DNA of 64,000 bases from Tubulanus polymorphus (lineage: Eukaryota > Animalia > Nemertea). The position numbers and the translations under genes are program-made. Of this stretch, positions 34,911-46,368 are shown piece after piece; within the stretch, counting starts at the first letter, position 1, and the number at the start of each line of letters is the position of its first letter. Under the pieces are notes generated by a model. It did not search any database. It worked only from the letters and a program-made list of their open reading frames with translations, and was not told the origin of the DNA. The stretch covers positions 15,162,150 to 15,226,149 of the forward strand of contig NC_134026.1 in the NCBI RefSeq assembly GCF_964204645.1, read 5' to 3'.

Positions 34911-35392
34911 TTTTTATCTTTTTCAATACTTCTGTTTTGCTAGGATTCTTGTTTCACACAAATTAATGTTTGGCGAGTGAGGTGTACAAAGATATTGAAA
35001 TCTACATGTTAAAATGTCGATGATATTATGTTTGAGTTTAAATATTGGTTTTGAGAAAGATAGTCCATTCCGAAAACAATTTCTGGTAATAATTTGAGAA
35101 CTGCCATGGTTTTCAATTCCGATGAAACATTTTTTCCACAGAGAAGTTTCATCTAGAGATATATCTAATGTTACACATTATCATGAAACATAGTTCTATA
35201 ATGCATTGCACTTTTATTTTTCATTTTATTCCTTATCAAAACAAGTCAAAATTCGCCCCGTTCAAATGAGCAAAGCGGTTACTTGTGAAACAGTTATCAA
35301 TTGAATCAATGTGAATTTTAAAATATTATGTTTTAGGCGAAAAAAATCATGAAAATCTTAGTCAGAAGGAAGAACAGAAAGAACCACAACAG

Positions 35393-36730
35393 CATGTTCT
35401 GGATTTTTGTTTTGTTCTCTAAAAGATGGATGCCCGCCAAGTCCTGCAATGACCATGCATGTTTCCGTTATGAGCACTTGTAATGACGACTGTAAATGTT
35501 TTTACTAAGTGTATAGAATTCGAATTGAAATATATTGCCACTATTGGTCAGTATGTTGTATTGACTTCTTTTCAATTAGAATTCTATACATAATTACAAC
35601 ATTTTTTCCAGTGGTCATTACAGGACGTAAGTGGTCATAGCAGGACCTCAGTGCTCATTGCACGGCTTAGTGGGCATCCATATTTTAGAGAATAAAAATC
35701 AAACAAATCCAGTTCCAAAATTAAGTTTTAATGATGAATTTCAGGTCAGTTCAGTAGGTAGCATTTGACTAGTTGTACATGTTCTTTTGAATAATTTTTA
35801 AATTTCAAGTATATCAAAATATCGGTGAATCTTTCGTTGTTCGGTATTTTGATATACAAGTGTTGGGGATATAAGTATCAAAGATCTATATGATTCCTCT
35901 AGTAATCATTATAATGTTTCTCAGTTAACCTCGCCTTCCTCGGACATTTTTGACCTTTTGCTTTTAACTTGGACAAAATTTGGATTTACTTGGATTTAGT
36001 AGTTATCAAAATACTGGAAAGGTTTACATGAAAGATGTTCGATGAAGATATTTGAAAGATGTTCGATAAAGCATTTTCTGAATATCAAATTACTGGAAAG
36101 GTTTTTATGAAAGACGTTCCCAAGAAGGTTCAAGGAAACGGCAAATTAAAATCAATTGTAGAAAAGCAGAACAAATCTGCTGGTAATAAACGCTATGGAT
36201 TCGAGAAGTTGTAAATTATAGGTTTACAAAAAGCAAATTTTCCAAAAAGTAACATATTGCGTATGTTAAATAATTCACTGACTTGAAAATATGATGTTCT
36301 GGATTTTTGTTTTGTTCTCTAAAAGATGGATGCCCGCCAAGTCCTGCAATGACCACTGAGGTCCAGCAATGACCATGTATGTTTTCGTTATGAGCACTTG
36401 TAATGACGACTGTAAATGTTTTTACTAAGTGTATAGAATTCGAATTGAAATATATTGCCACTATTGGTCAGTATGTTGTATTGACTTCTTTTCAATTAGA
36501 ATTCTATACATGATTACAACATTTTTTTCCAGTGGTCATTACAGGACGTAAGTGGTCATAGCAGGACCTCAGTGCTCATTGCACGACTTAGTGGGCATCC
36601 ATATTTTAGAGAATAAAAATCAAACAAATCCAGTTCCAAAATTAAGTTTTAATGATTAATTCCAGATCAGTTCAGTAGGTAGCATTTGACTAGTTGTACA
36701 TGTTTTTTTAAATAATTTTTAGATTTCAAG
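35393..36730 (+). repeat. Direct duplication of ~420 bp (35393-35809 and 36294-36730) containing a palindromic MITE-like element
   Basis: Near-identical blocks with internal IR ggatttttgttttgttctctaaaagatggatgccc / gggcatccatattttagagaataaaaatcaaacaaatcc. Confidence 0.9.
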
Positions 36731-37904
36731 CTCAAAAAATCTAACTAACCATGCTTAAAGAGGCCTAACGGTCCTCTTTTTTCCTGGTTGGGCTAGGTTT
36801 TATTGATATTGCAATAAATGGAGGCATTACAATTTTTGTGCATAAAAAGTAGAAATAGATTTCTTGGTCTAAATTCAGACAGTGTATAAATTGTTGATAC
36901 GTTTGTAAGTCATTGACCTGATAATGACTGTTTAGATTTGTGACAAACTGCTAATAAATCGTATCACTTCATTAACATAATTGTTCTGTTTTGATTTGCC
37001 TTTTTCATATTTGGTCGTGTAGATATTCATGTCGCTATAGGTTCCGTGGATAGGCTATAGGCCTCTGAACATCACTGATTTATCTACCATGAAGCCTTAC
37101 TTCATTTCGCTTCTAATTATGGCAGATTTAGTCGAATTTACTGTAGTTAGTTTTACAGCCTATCTAACAAAAGGTATATCGAATTTCAACCTTCTGCTGT
37201 GACCTTCCACGCGTACGTACTTTGTTGCCATTAAAATTACGAATGGCAGAATTGGAAAGTGAGGCCAGTGGAAATCAGAGCTTTCCTTTAACGCCATGGG
37301 CCATCAATGAAGCTAATCTAAATCTAAAAAATAGCTCATTTGAAATATAATGTCATACCTTCTATCCCGAATGAACAACAGATTATTACTAATGAAACCC
37401 ACCAAGGATGATTGTTTGTTAGTTTCGTAAACTTTTTTTGTGGGAAAAGCTGTATAATCACAATATCTTAGTCAAATCATGGACGTACTTAACTAGATAA
37501 TCGTGAGAACGATTCACCGTTTACGTTGAATTTGATCGGTGAAACACAATCCAAAATATCTGTACCATAGTGTCCATCTGTTTAAAAATTGGCCTCAATG
37601 CTCACAACCTGTTGAGGACCTACATAACGACAACTGAGGAATTGCAATGACCAAATTTACCGGGACAATATAAAAATGATCAGGGGTAGGTACGGGTTTA
37701 GCGATTTTAGGTTGAAACTGGTTGGAGTCTGCATTGTCTTATGAATATGCCTTAGACTATCTTTTAAATTCTAATGCCTACAGGTCTGGGAGGTTGTAAG
37801 ACCATCGGGGCTATATAGAGATTCTTGCGATGTGTTAGGAGGTACTCAGGCTAAGGGACGCATAAAGGTAATCAGACATTTAGACTGATGCTCATTTTTA
37901 CAGA

Positions 37905-38160
37905 TCCATCTAAGTCCACTAAGTCCTGCAATGCCCACTACGTTCTGCAATGACCACTGAGGTCCTGCAATATCTAATACGTTCTACAATTACCAATTAA
38001 GTCCTGTAATGACCACTGAAGTCCTACAATGACCACTGAAGTCCCGCAATGACCACTGACGTCCCGCAATGACCGTTGTGGTCATTACAGGACGCACATA
38101 TGGGGACACGGTCAAACAGTTTGGTCATTTGGGGACCCAACAGTGGTCATTCGGAGACTT
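37905..38160. repeat. ~20-bp tandem array GTCCTGCAATGACCACTGAA with inverted copies
   Basis: About 8 direct units followed by inverted gtggtcattacaggac units. The same motif occurs at 35441, 36341 and 6163. Confidence 0.85.
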
Positions 38161-38162
38161 CG

Positions 38163-38175
38163 GTTATTATTATTA

Positions 38176-38231
<56 letters not shown>

Positions 38232-41200
38232 ATTATTATTATTATTATTATTATTATTTTCTTTTTCACACTGGATCTTACTGAAAGGATATAAACAACT
38301 GCAATTTACTTTCACTGTTGATGAAACCATTCTGGATCACAAGTACTACGCTGCATTGACAAATACCGTATGTAACATTAATTAGAATTGCACTGTTTAC
38401 TCACTGTGAGCCTCTAAACATCGAAATTTAAGCCCGATTCAAACAGTATCCATATACGTATATGTATTGTATACGTGTCTTATGCCCACAGTGCCTCCTA
38501 AGTACGTGTGTTTGTGTGTCTATCCTAAAATGCATTGATAGAACTGTGTTGTTCTAGATCTGTAGTAAAGACGTAAGCAGTAGTGATATTTTTATCTGTT
38601 CTACAAGTCGATTGTTTTGCCGTTGAATTAGGACATTGCTCGACTGAACGCAACTGAGGAATTTTTAATAGCCTTGTTTGTGTGTGTGCCGTATACAAGT
38701 TAGATAGCATATATAGCTTCGAATTCGGCAACACTAGTTAGTGAGCATCATATATAGGCTTTAATACTTCGAATTCGGCTAGTAACAAGAATATTGCTCA
38801 ACGGATTTACTTGAAACTTACGTGAGATGTACGGAACACATGTACCTTGAGGTGAGTCTAATGGCTCTTTGATTGGGGACCCAGTTCACACACCAGGGGG
38901 CGTTTTACTTTTGCAAATTCTGACATCGAAAAGTTACTGTGTGAGAAAAATTTTTGTCTTTGAGTTTTCAGCTTCGGCCGGGCACGAAAGTTGTTCATGA
39001 CAGCCCGGAGGCTAAAAAAGTCAGTGGCACGCCCTATCTGCGATTAACCGTTTGGGCTCGACGGGCTCGAAAATGGGCCCCCAAATACAAGAGATTTTTG
39101 CTCCTAGGTCCTTAACCGTTGGAGATAGAATTGTAGTTGCACCGAGTGATCAGTAGCCCTTGACAAGACGCTTGTATTGATGTATGGTATAACTATGTAA
39201 CTCATATGGTTCTCCAGTAGCGCCACCTATAAGACGCTGGAAAACACATTTTCATCTATATCGACTAAGGGTACTAATGGATTTCTTTAAAAATTGATAC
39301 ACATGTACCTGGTTACTAAACGAATCGAACCCCTTATATGACTAGTTCCCATTTTAACCACTAGGGGGCGTAAATTTTGAAAAATCGATTTCAGAATCCA
39401 TTTTTCGCATTGAATGCGGTCTGTTTATTATGAAAATCACAAAACTTGGTATAAGTACAAAGACATGTGTAATATGCCATCCTGCATAATTAGTTCATAC
39501 AACTGCCACCAGGGGACCTTGAAAATGATTTTTGCTCCTAGGTCCTTAACCGTTTGCGATAGAATCGAGGTTGCAATGTGCGCGTAGTAGCCCTTGTGGG
39601 TCAACATATCCATGTCATAAGTTGACCCCTAGGTGGCGCTCCTTTAAAAAGGGGAACGTTATGAACTGCTTTCGGTGAAATGTTCCCTTACAAAAAATTC
39701 ACACATGTTATATGTGTGAATAACACACATTACATGTGTGAAAGGTGTGAAAGACACAGAAAACACATGTGATTCCAGCTATCACATGTGTGATCTGTGT
39801 TGTGGAGCATATCACATGTGTGAATAACACATGATCACATGTGTGATTCTGAAATACATGTGTGATTGAGAAATACATGTGTGATTCACACATGTGATTG
39901 GCTCAACAACACAGATCACATGTGTAACCGCTAGGATCACACGTGTCATTAGAATAACACATGTGATTAACATCAGTTATTCCAATCTACAACACAGTGT
40001 GAATATTTCGGATATGAACCATTCCCATGTTGGTTCCAAATTCTGAACATCTGCATTTTAGTCATAGAATCCATGTTGGAATAAGAATATTTCCATAACT
40101 GTACTCGTTATTTCAACATTTTCAACACATGGTTAGATTTTATCTAACACTGACACCCCTACTGTGCAAAAACCAAGAACCAATGTCCACGGACTAGTGA
40201 GTTTGTATTTTCATTCGGCTAAATAAATAAAATAAGGTTATGATATGTTTTTACATTCGCTGTTGAGTTCTAAAAAAATATTAATATTCAAAAACGACTT
40301 TTAAAAAATTAGCAGGTATTTACGGGATTCGAACCGTTGACGACGGCTAGCAAAGGACTTGGAATGAGCATGCAGGCACGCACGGCGCCATTTGCAATTA
40401 TTTCGAGGATAGTCGCTGCTGTTTTTAATCAATTTTGATGGTTAATTTCTTAGTTCGAAAAGTCTGGTGTTTGAATCCAAGCTCAAAAGCAAGTATTATT
40501 GTGTTTCGTCAAATATTCATAGTCGATGATGTTAATTGAATGTACTGTAATCGGTAAAATCAGTGGCGTGTACCAATCAATCAATTAAATCAAATTCATC
40601 CAAACTTTATTTCATGGACATGATTGATGCATTACAAATATTTCATGATTGATGCATGCAAAGTACAACATGTCCATGCCTAACAAGTAGGCCTAGATTA
40701 CACCATGAACTATTTTTAAATCACGATATGTCCAGGAATAAGACACTCGTTTGCATACTAATACTATATTTTATAATTCCTAAACTGAATGCTCAGCCGG
40801 TATTGAACAGTATTTGCCAATTCTTTCTACATTGGAATGAATCATTTACAAATTAAAATGGAATTTTCCGTTATTAATCTAGGGAGTCAGTACATTTCCT
40901 CGAGTAGTAATTTATCTACACGGAGAATGAAACGTATACTTTCAGCCGGAACAAATTACTGAAAAAGAGGTTTTGAGTCCTGTTATGGTAAGTGTTGATT
41001 GAAAAAATTTATAAGCTAGTGTTACAATAGCGCCGTTTTTCGTCTGGTTTCACTTATCATAATAATGTAACTTTGGCTTTTTTCATCAGATGATTGATAT
41101 TAGGGATATTGATTTATTGATTTATTGTTTGGAATTGTGTGTAGTATTTAAATGTTTTATAATTTTGTCTCATTCCAGATCATGTTCTGAATTGTAGATT

Positions 41201-41848
41201 GGGGGTTACCGCGGCCCAAATTAGAAAGAAGATTGGACAAATGCTGAAACAGTATAAATTGACGAAGTAAATCTGTAAATATTTGAAAATAAAATTCCCA
41301 TTAACATGTAAGCTTACACAAGTGAGTTATTACATTTGGTTGGTAATTTTGAAACTTCATTTTGTTTTGCCAATATGCAGATCTCCTTTCAGGCAATGAG
41401 TTTTTAGGAAATTGTGAAGTATGGATGAAACATCATGTCCAATGAAGGAAGTGGTCAAATTTTGACCATTATGAATGTGTACTTATACTTCTTCTTGAAT
41501 ACAGTCGTGTGGAGCTGGAACAATGAGGATGACTGCAGATCACATGCGTTATAAATCACACATAACTGTGTTATATGACATGTGTGATTTACATTCAGGG
41601 CTGTATCACACGTGTGATTCACATGTGTAAAAATGGGACAAAATCACATGTGTGATTTAGAAAATCACACGTGTGATTCACATACAGAATCACATGTGTG
41701 ATAATGTCCCATTTTTACACATGTGAATCACACGTGTTTTTAAAAAAAATCACATGTGTAATTTTTTTGTAAGGGTTTGCACGCACCCTTGTACGACATT
41801 GTATCCAGCAAGGCAGAAACCCGTTATCGCTGCTTTGCAGCTATATTT
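38163..41848 (+). mobile_element. Family-2-related HINE, 5' end missing, starting at an (ATT)n microsatellite and ending head-to-tail with the next HINE
   Basis: (ATT)n followed by ttttc..cacact as in family 2. The 3' terminus is gcagaaacccgttatcgctgctttgcagctatattt at ~41815-41848. Confidence 0.6.
39685..41775. mobile_element. Non-autonomous EnSpm/CACTA-like TIR element (CCC...GGG ends, possible 2-bp TT TSD, CACATGTG subterminal arrays)
   Basis: TIR cccttacaaaaaattcacacatg / catgtgtaatttttttgtaaggg. Dense CACA(T/C)GTG repeats at 39700-39970 and 41540-41760. Confidence 0.75.
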
Positions 41849-44800
41849 AGGGTTTTCTGTTATTTCACAGAAAACCCTATTGATATCCGTGTGATTATTA
41901 GGGTTTTCTGTTATTTCACAGAAAACCCTATTGATATCCGCGTGATTATTATTAGGGTTTTCTGTTATTTCACAGAAAACCCTATTGATATCCGCGTGAT
42001 TATTATTAGGGTTTTCTGTTATTTCACAGAAAACCCTATTGATATCCGCGTGATTATTATTATTATTATTTTCTTCCACACTATTTTTACCAAAAGAACA
42101 TGGGCTTTGTTACCTTACCGCTGTTTCATATACAATCCATATAATATCGTTCAGCTCACTGAGATCTACAAATAGCCCGCGTGTTTTTTCACGAATCGTC
42201 GTTACAAAAGCGCTGTCGGGCTGTAAACATCGAAAATTTAGCCCCGTTCAATGGGGCGACATGTTTTTCGAGTCGTCATCCCGAAATCAACCCGCAGGCC
42301 GACTGTCACTTCGATTATCAATTCAAGTATAAATGAACTAATTTATTGCCGCAGACTTCACATTCAGTCGCGGTCTTCAAACAGTGATTTTAACAATAGC
42401 CCATTTTCCTCATCAAATCATATTACCGATACACTGGAAATTTACTACTTTAGATTTTAAAAGCACTGTCGAGCCGTAAACATCGACGAATCGACGTGTG
42501 TTACTACATCGACGTTCCGGGGATGAGCTGCGAGTTTCTCCTCATCATGAGAATCAAATCGAGGACAAATTAATTTATTACTACCAGTGATTTGGCTGCG
42601 GGTTTCAAGGAGTTCGTTTAACAATACCAATTTTTCTTTACCGAATTAACCGTGTATTTACTAAGATAAATCTTTAGTGTACCGGGGAATCGTAGGCCTA
42701 AACTAAACAGGCCGAAGAGATATGGCGGAGAAAAGCTGTTATGTCGACGAGGTATCAAAATAAAAGAATATATTACTTTATTCGGCCGCGGGCTTCAACC
42801 ATTTATCAATACTCTATAGGCCTATTTCCTACAGTACATACCGATCATTGTCAAATCCACAAGGTATTTACTAAATACAAGTATATAACACAATCCTTTC
42901 CGTATGCTGGACTCACACTTGACATTCGGAGTAAGCGTTCGCTGTGGGGGAAAGGGATCGTTCGCTGTGTCGCTTGAAGTGTTTATCGAGTTTGACGCGG
43001 CTTTAGGCCTACCGGTACTGAGCTTTACTCAAACAAACAAACAAACACAGTATAATTGTTGCGTTTATTAACGGACTCATTGGATTGAACTTCAAAACAA
43101 AATTTACGATATTTAGGTGGGTTGTTATTCAATAGGCCTACGACCAATCTGTCCGGATGTTTTAGGCCTACGCATATACATAGGCCTACATAGGCTAGTA
43201 GCCTCTACTAGGTTAAGCGTTGGCTGTGGGGGAAAGGAGATCGTTCGCTGTGTCGCTTGAAGTGTTTATCGAGTTTTACGCGACCTTAAGGCTTTAGTAT
43301 GGTGGCTGATAAGATAAAAAAAACACGAATATGCAAATGAGGGCGACATTACGACAAAACGACAAAACTAAAATAACGCGAGAAAACAATGATTTTGATT
43401 TTGTCGCCCGCGACAATTCATTATTTTGGTTTTGTCACACGCGACAATTCAATATTTTGGTTTTATCGCCCGCGACAATTCATTATTTTGGTTTTGTCGC
43501 CCGCGAAAATTCAATATTTTGGTTTTGTCGCCCTCGACAATTCAATATTTTGGTTTTATCGCCAGCGACAATTCATTATTTTGGTTTTGTCGCCTGCGAC
43601 AATTCTTCTTTTTGGTTTTGTCGCCCGCGACAATTCATTATTTTGGTTTTATATTTTGTTTTTGTCGCCCGCGACAATTCAATATTTTGGTTTTATCGCC
43701 CGCGACAATTCAATATTTTGGTTTTATCGCCCGCGACAATTCACCATTTTGGTTTTGTCGCCCGCGACAATTCACCATTTTGGTTTTGTCGCCCGCAACA
43801 ATTCATTATTTTGGTTTTGTCACCCGCGACAATTCATTATTTTGGTTTTATCGCCCGCGACAATTCATTATTTTGGTTTTATCGCCCGCGACAATTCTTC
43901 TTTTTGGTTTTGTCGCCCGCGACAATTCATTATTTTGGTTTTATATTTTGTTTTAGTCGCCCGCGACAATTCATTATCTTAATTTAATCGCCCGCAACAA
44001 TTCAATATTTTGGTTTTATCGCCCGCGATAATTCATTATTTTGGTTTTATCGCCGGCGACAATTCATTATTTTGGTTTTGTCACCCGAGACAATTCATCA
44101 TTTTGGTTTTATCGCCCGCGACAATTCACCATTTTGGTTTTGTCGCCTGGACAATTCACCATTTTGGTTCTATCGCCCGCGACAATTCATTATTTTGGTT
44201 TTGTCGCCCCCACAATTCTTTTTTTGGTTTTGTCGCCCGCGGCAATTCATTAGTTTGGTTTTGTCGCCCGCGACAATTCATTATTTTGGTTTTATCGCCC
44301 GCGACAATTCATTATTTTGGTTTTATCACCCGTGACAATTCATTCGTTTGGTTTTGTCGCACGCGACAATTCATTATTTTGGTTTTATCGCCCGCAACAA
44401 TTTTTTTTTTGTCGCGGTTTTATCGCCTGCGACAATTCAATATTTTGGTTTTATCGCCAGCGACAATTCATTATTTTGGTTTTATCGCCTGCGACAATTC
44501 ATTATTTTGGTTTTATCGCCCGCGACAATTTTTTTTGTCGCGGTTTTATCGCCTGCGACAATTCAATATTTTGGTTTTGTCACCTGCGACAATTCAATAT
44601 TTTGGTTTTATCGCCAGCGACAATTCATTATTTTGGTTTTATCGCCTGCGACAATTCATTATTTTGGTTTTGTCGCACGCGACAATTCATTATTTTGGTT
44701 TCATCGCCCGCGACAATTTTTTTTTTGTCGCGGTTTTATCGCCTGCGACAATTCTATATTTTGGTTTTATCGCCAGCGACAATTCATTATTTTGGTTTTA

Positions 44801-46030
44801 TCGCCCGCGACAATTCATTATTTTGGTTTTATCGCCCGTGACAATTCATTATTTTGGTTTTATCGCCCGCGACAATTCATTAATTTGGTTTTGTCGCCCG
44901 CGACAATTCAATATTTTGGTTTTGTCGCCCGCGACAAAACAAGTATATTGTGTCGCCACCACTCATCGACCTACGCTCCCTTGCGACGGGTTGCGACTTT
45001 CAGCAACGCCAGTCACAAGGAGTCGCACGTGTTCAACTTTCTGCAACGCGACAATCGTATTGCAACTGACTTGCACCGAAACTTGTCACAAGGCCGACCT
45101 ACGTCCGGCGATAAGTTACTGCGGAGCCCCAGAAATATCCTTTTTTTTCGTTCAAAAGACCTTTCGCTTGAAAATTCTTTCGTCGGAACAAAATTTATTT
45201 CGCTCTAACCAATAATATTCTGTTCGATTGAACCAATTTGAAAAAATCGTTAGAATAAAGTTGAACAAACTTTTTTTGTCCAAACGAAATGTTTTTCGTT
45301 CGAACAATCGTTCGATCGAACAGAATCGTTTTAATTTGAACAAAATTTTCTTGTAAGAACATTAAGTTTTTCATTCAAACAAGTATATTGTAAAGAGTTT
45401 TTTTTCCGAACCAAAAGTATTAAGTATTTCGTTCAATCAAACAGAATTGTTTTCATTCAAACATTCGTTCGAAAAAATTGTTTTCGCTCAACCAAATATT
45501 TTTGACGGGACAAAAAGTTTTTCATTTCAACAATAACATAGCTTTTCATTCGAACACATTTTTAATAAGAATGAAGTAAGTTATGGCTCAAACAAAAAGC
45601 GTATTGTTCGATCAAACTGAATTGTTTTCACTTGAACAAGATTTTCTTGTCGGAACATTAAGTTTTTTGGTCGAAGAGCGTGTTAAGTTCGTTTTTTGGA
45701 AATTTACTCGGTCTGGTATATTTTGGATTACTGTGTATGTCATTTGTCAGGACATTAAACACAAGACGACTTAGGATACTACGTTGCGTGACTCCACTAG
45801 TTAGACCGACTTATTCCATGATGAGGCGTTCGGTTGATTTCGGCTACAAGTTTTCGTTCAGAGATAACTGCTGAGCCATTTGGGAGACCTATCATTGATA
45901 CTGTTTCCTAATAGCCTGTTTAGTTAATGGCTGATGTTGTGCCTTATCAAATGCTTTGTCGAAATCCACCGTTGAACAGGATTCTAAGACCGTGCAGAAA
46001 ACCCGTTATCGCTGCTTTGCAGCTATATTT
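41847..46030 (+). mobile_element. Family-2 HINE (forward copy) with its 5' terminus repeated four times
   Basis: ttagggttttctgttatttcacagaaaaccctattgatatccg occurs four times (41847-42050), then a body that matches 24910-30489 in reverse, then the 3' hairpin gctgctttgcagc. Confidence 0.85.
43397..44938. repeat. 31-bp minisatellite (reverse complement of the 26750-29090 array)
   Basis: Units ttttggtttt(a/g)tcgcccgcgacaattcatta. Confidence 0.97.
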
Positions 46031-46219
46031 TCAATTTATTTTCTTAATGTGTTCTAGTTTTATTATGCCTTGCTTTTTTAGATTTATCTATATTAATTTT
46101 ACATGTTGAACAGTAGTACTTCTTATTTGCTTCCATTTTAATACAAATTTTTTAAATTAAAATTGATTTTAGAAGTTGTTCATATATAAAATATTCATTT
46201 ATATGAATATTATTAGAGC

Positions 46220-46365
46220 AATTGGTAATGTCTTGTTTCAAGTCAAAGGTTGAGGGGGCGAGTGAGTAGAAAAATGAAAATAAATTCGAGCGTGCGAGAA
46301 TTTATTTTCATTTTTTTATGAGCTCGACCTCTCGACCTTTGGCTTGAAACAAGACATTACCAATT
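46220..46365. mobile_element. Short MITE (146 bp)
   Basis: IR aattggtaatgtcttgtttcaagtcaaagg / cctttggcttgaaacaagacattaccaatt. Confidence 0.75.
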
Positions 46366-46368
46366 ACT

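Noticed and set aside
38069-38330. Poly-Y, poly-I and poly-N ORFs
   Set aside because: Translations of an (ATT)n microsatellite.
40318-40390. tRNA gene (gggattcgaacc B-box-like motif on the minus strand)
   Set aside because: No cloverleaf could be built; at most a SINE relic.
41750-42175. Repeat-protein ORFs (HADINRVFCEITENPN)n
   Set aside because: Translation of the tandemly repeated HINE 5' terminus.
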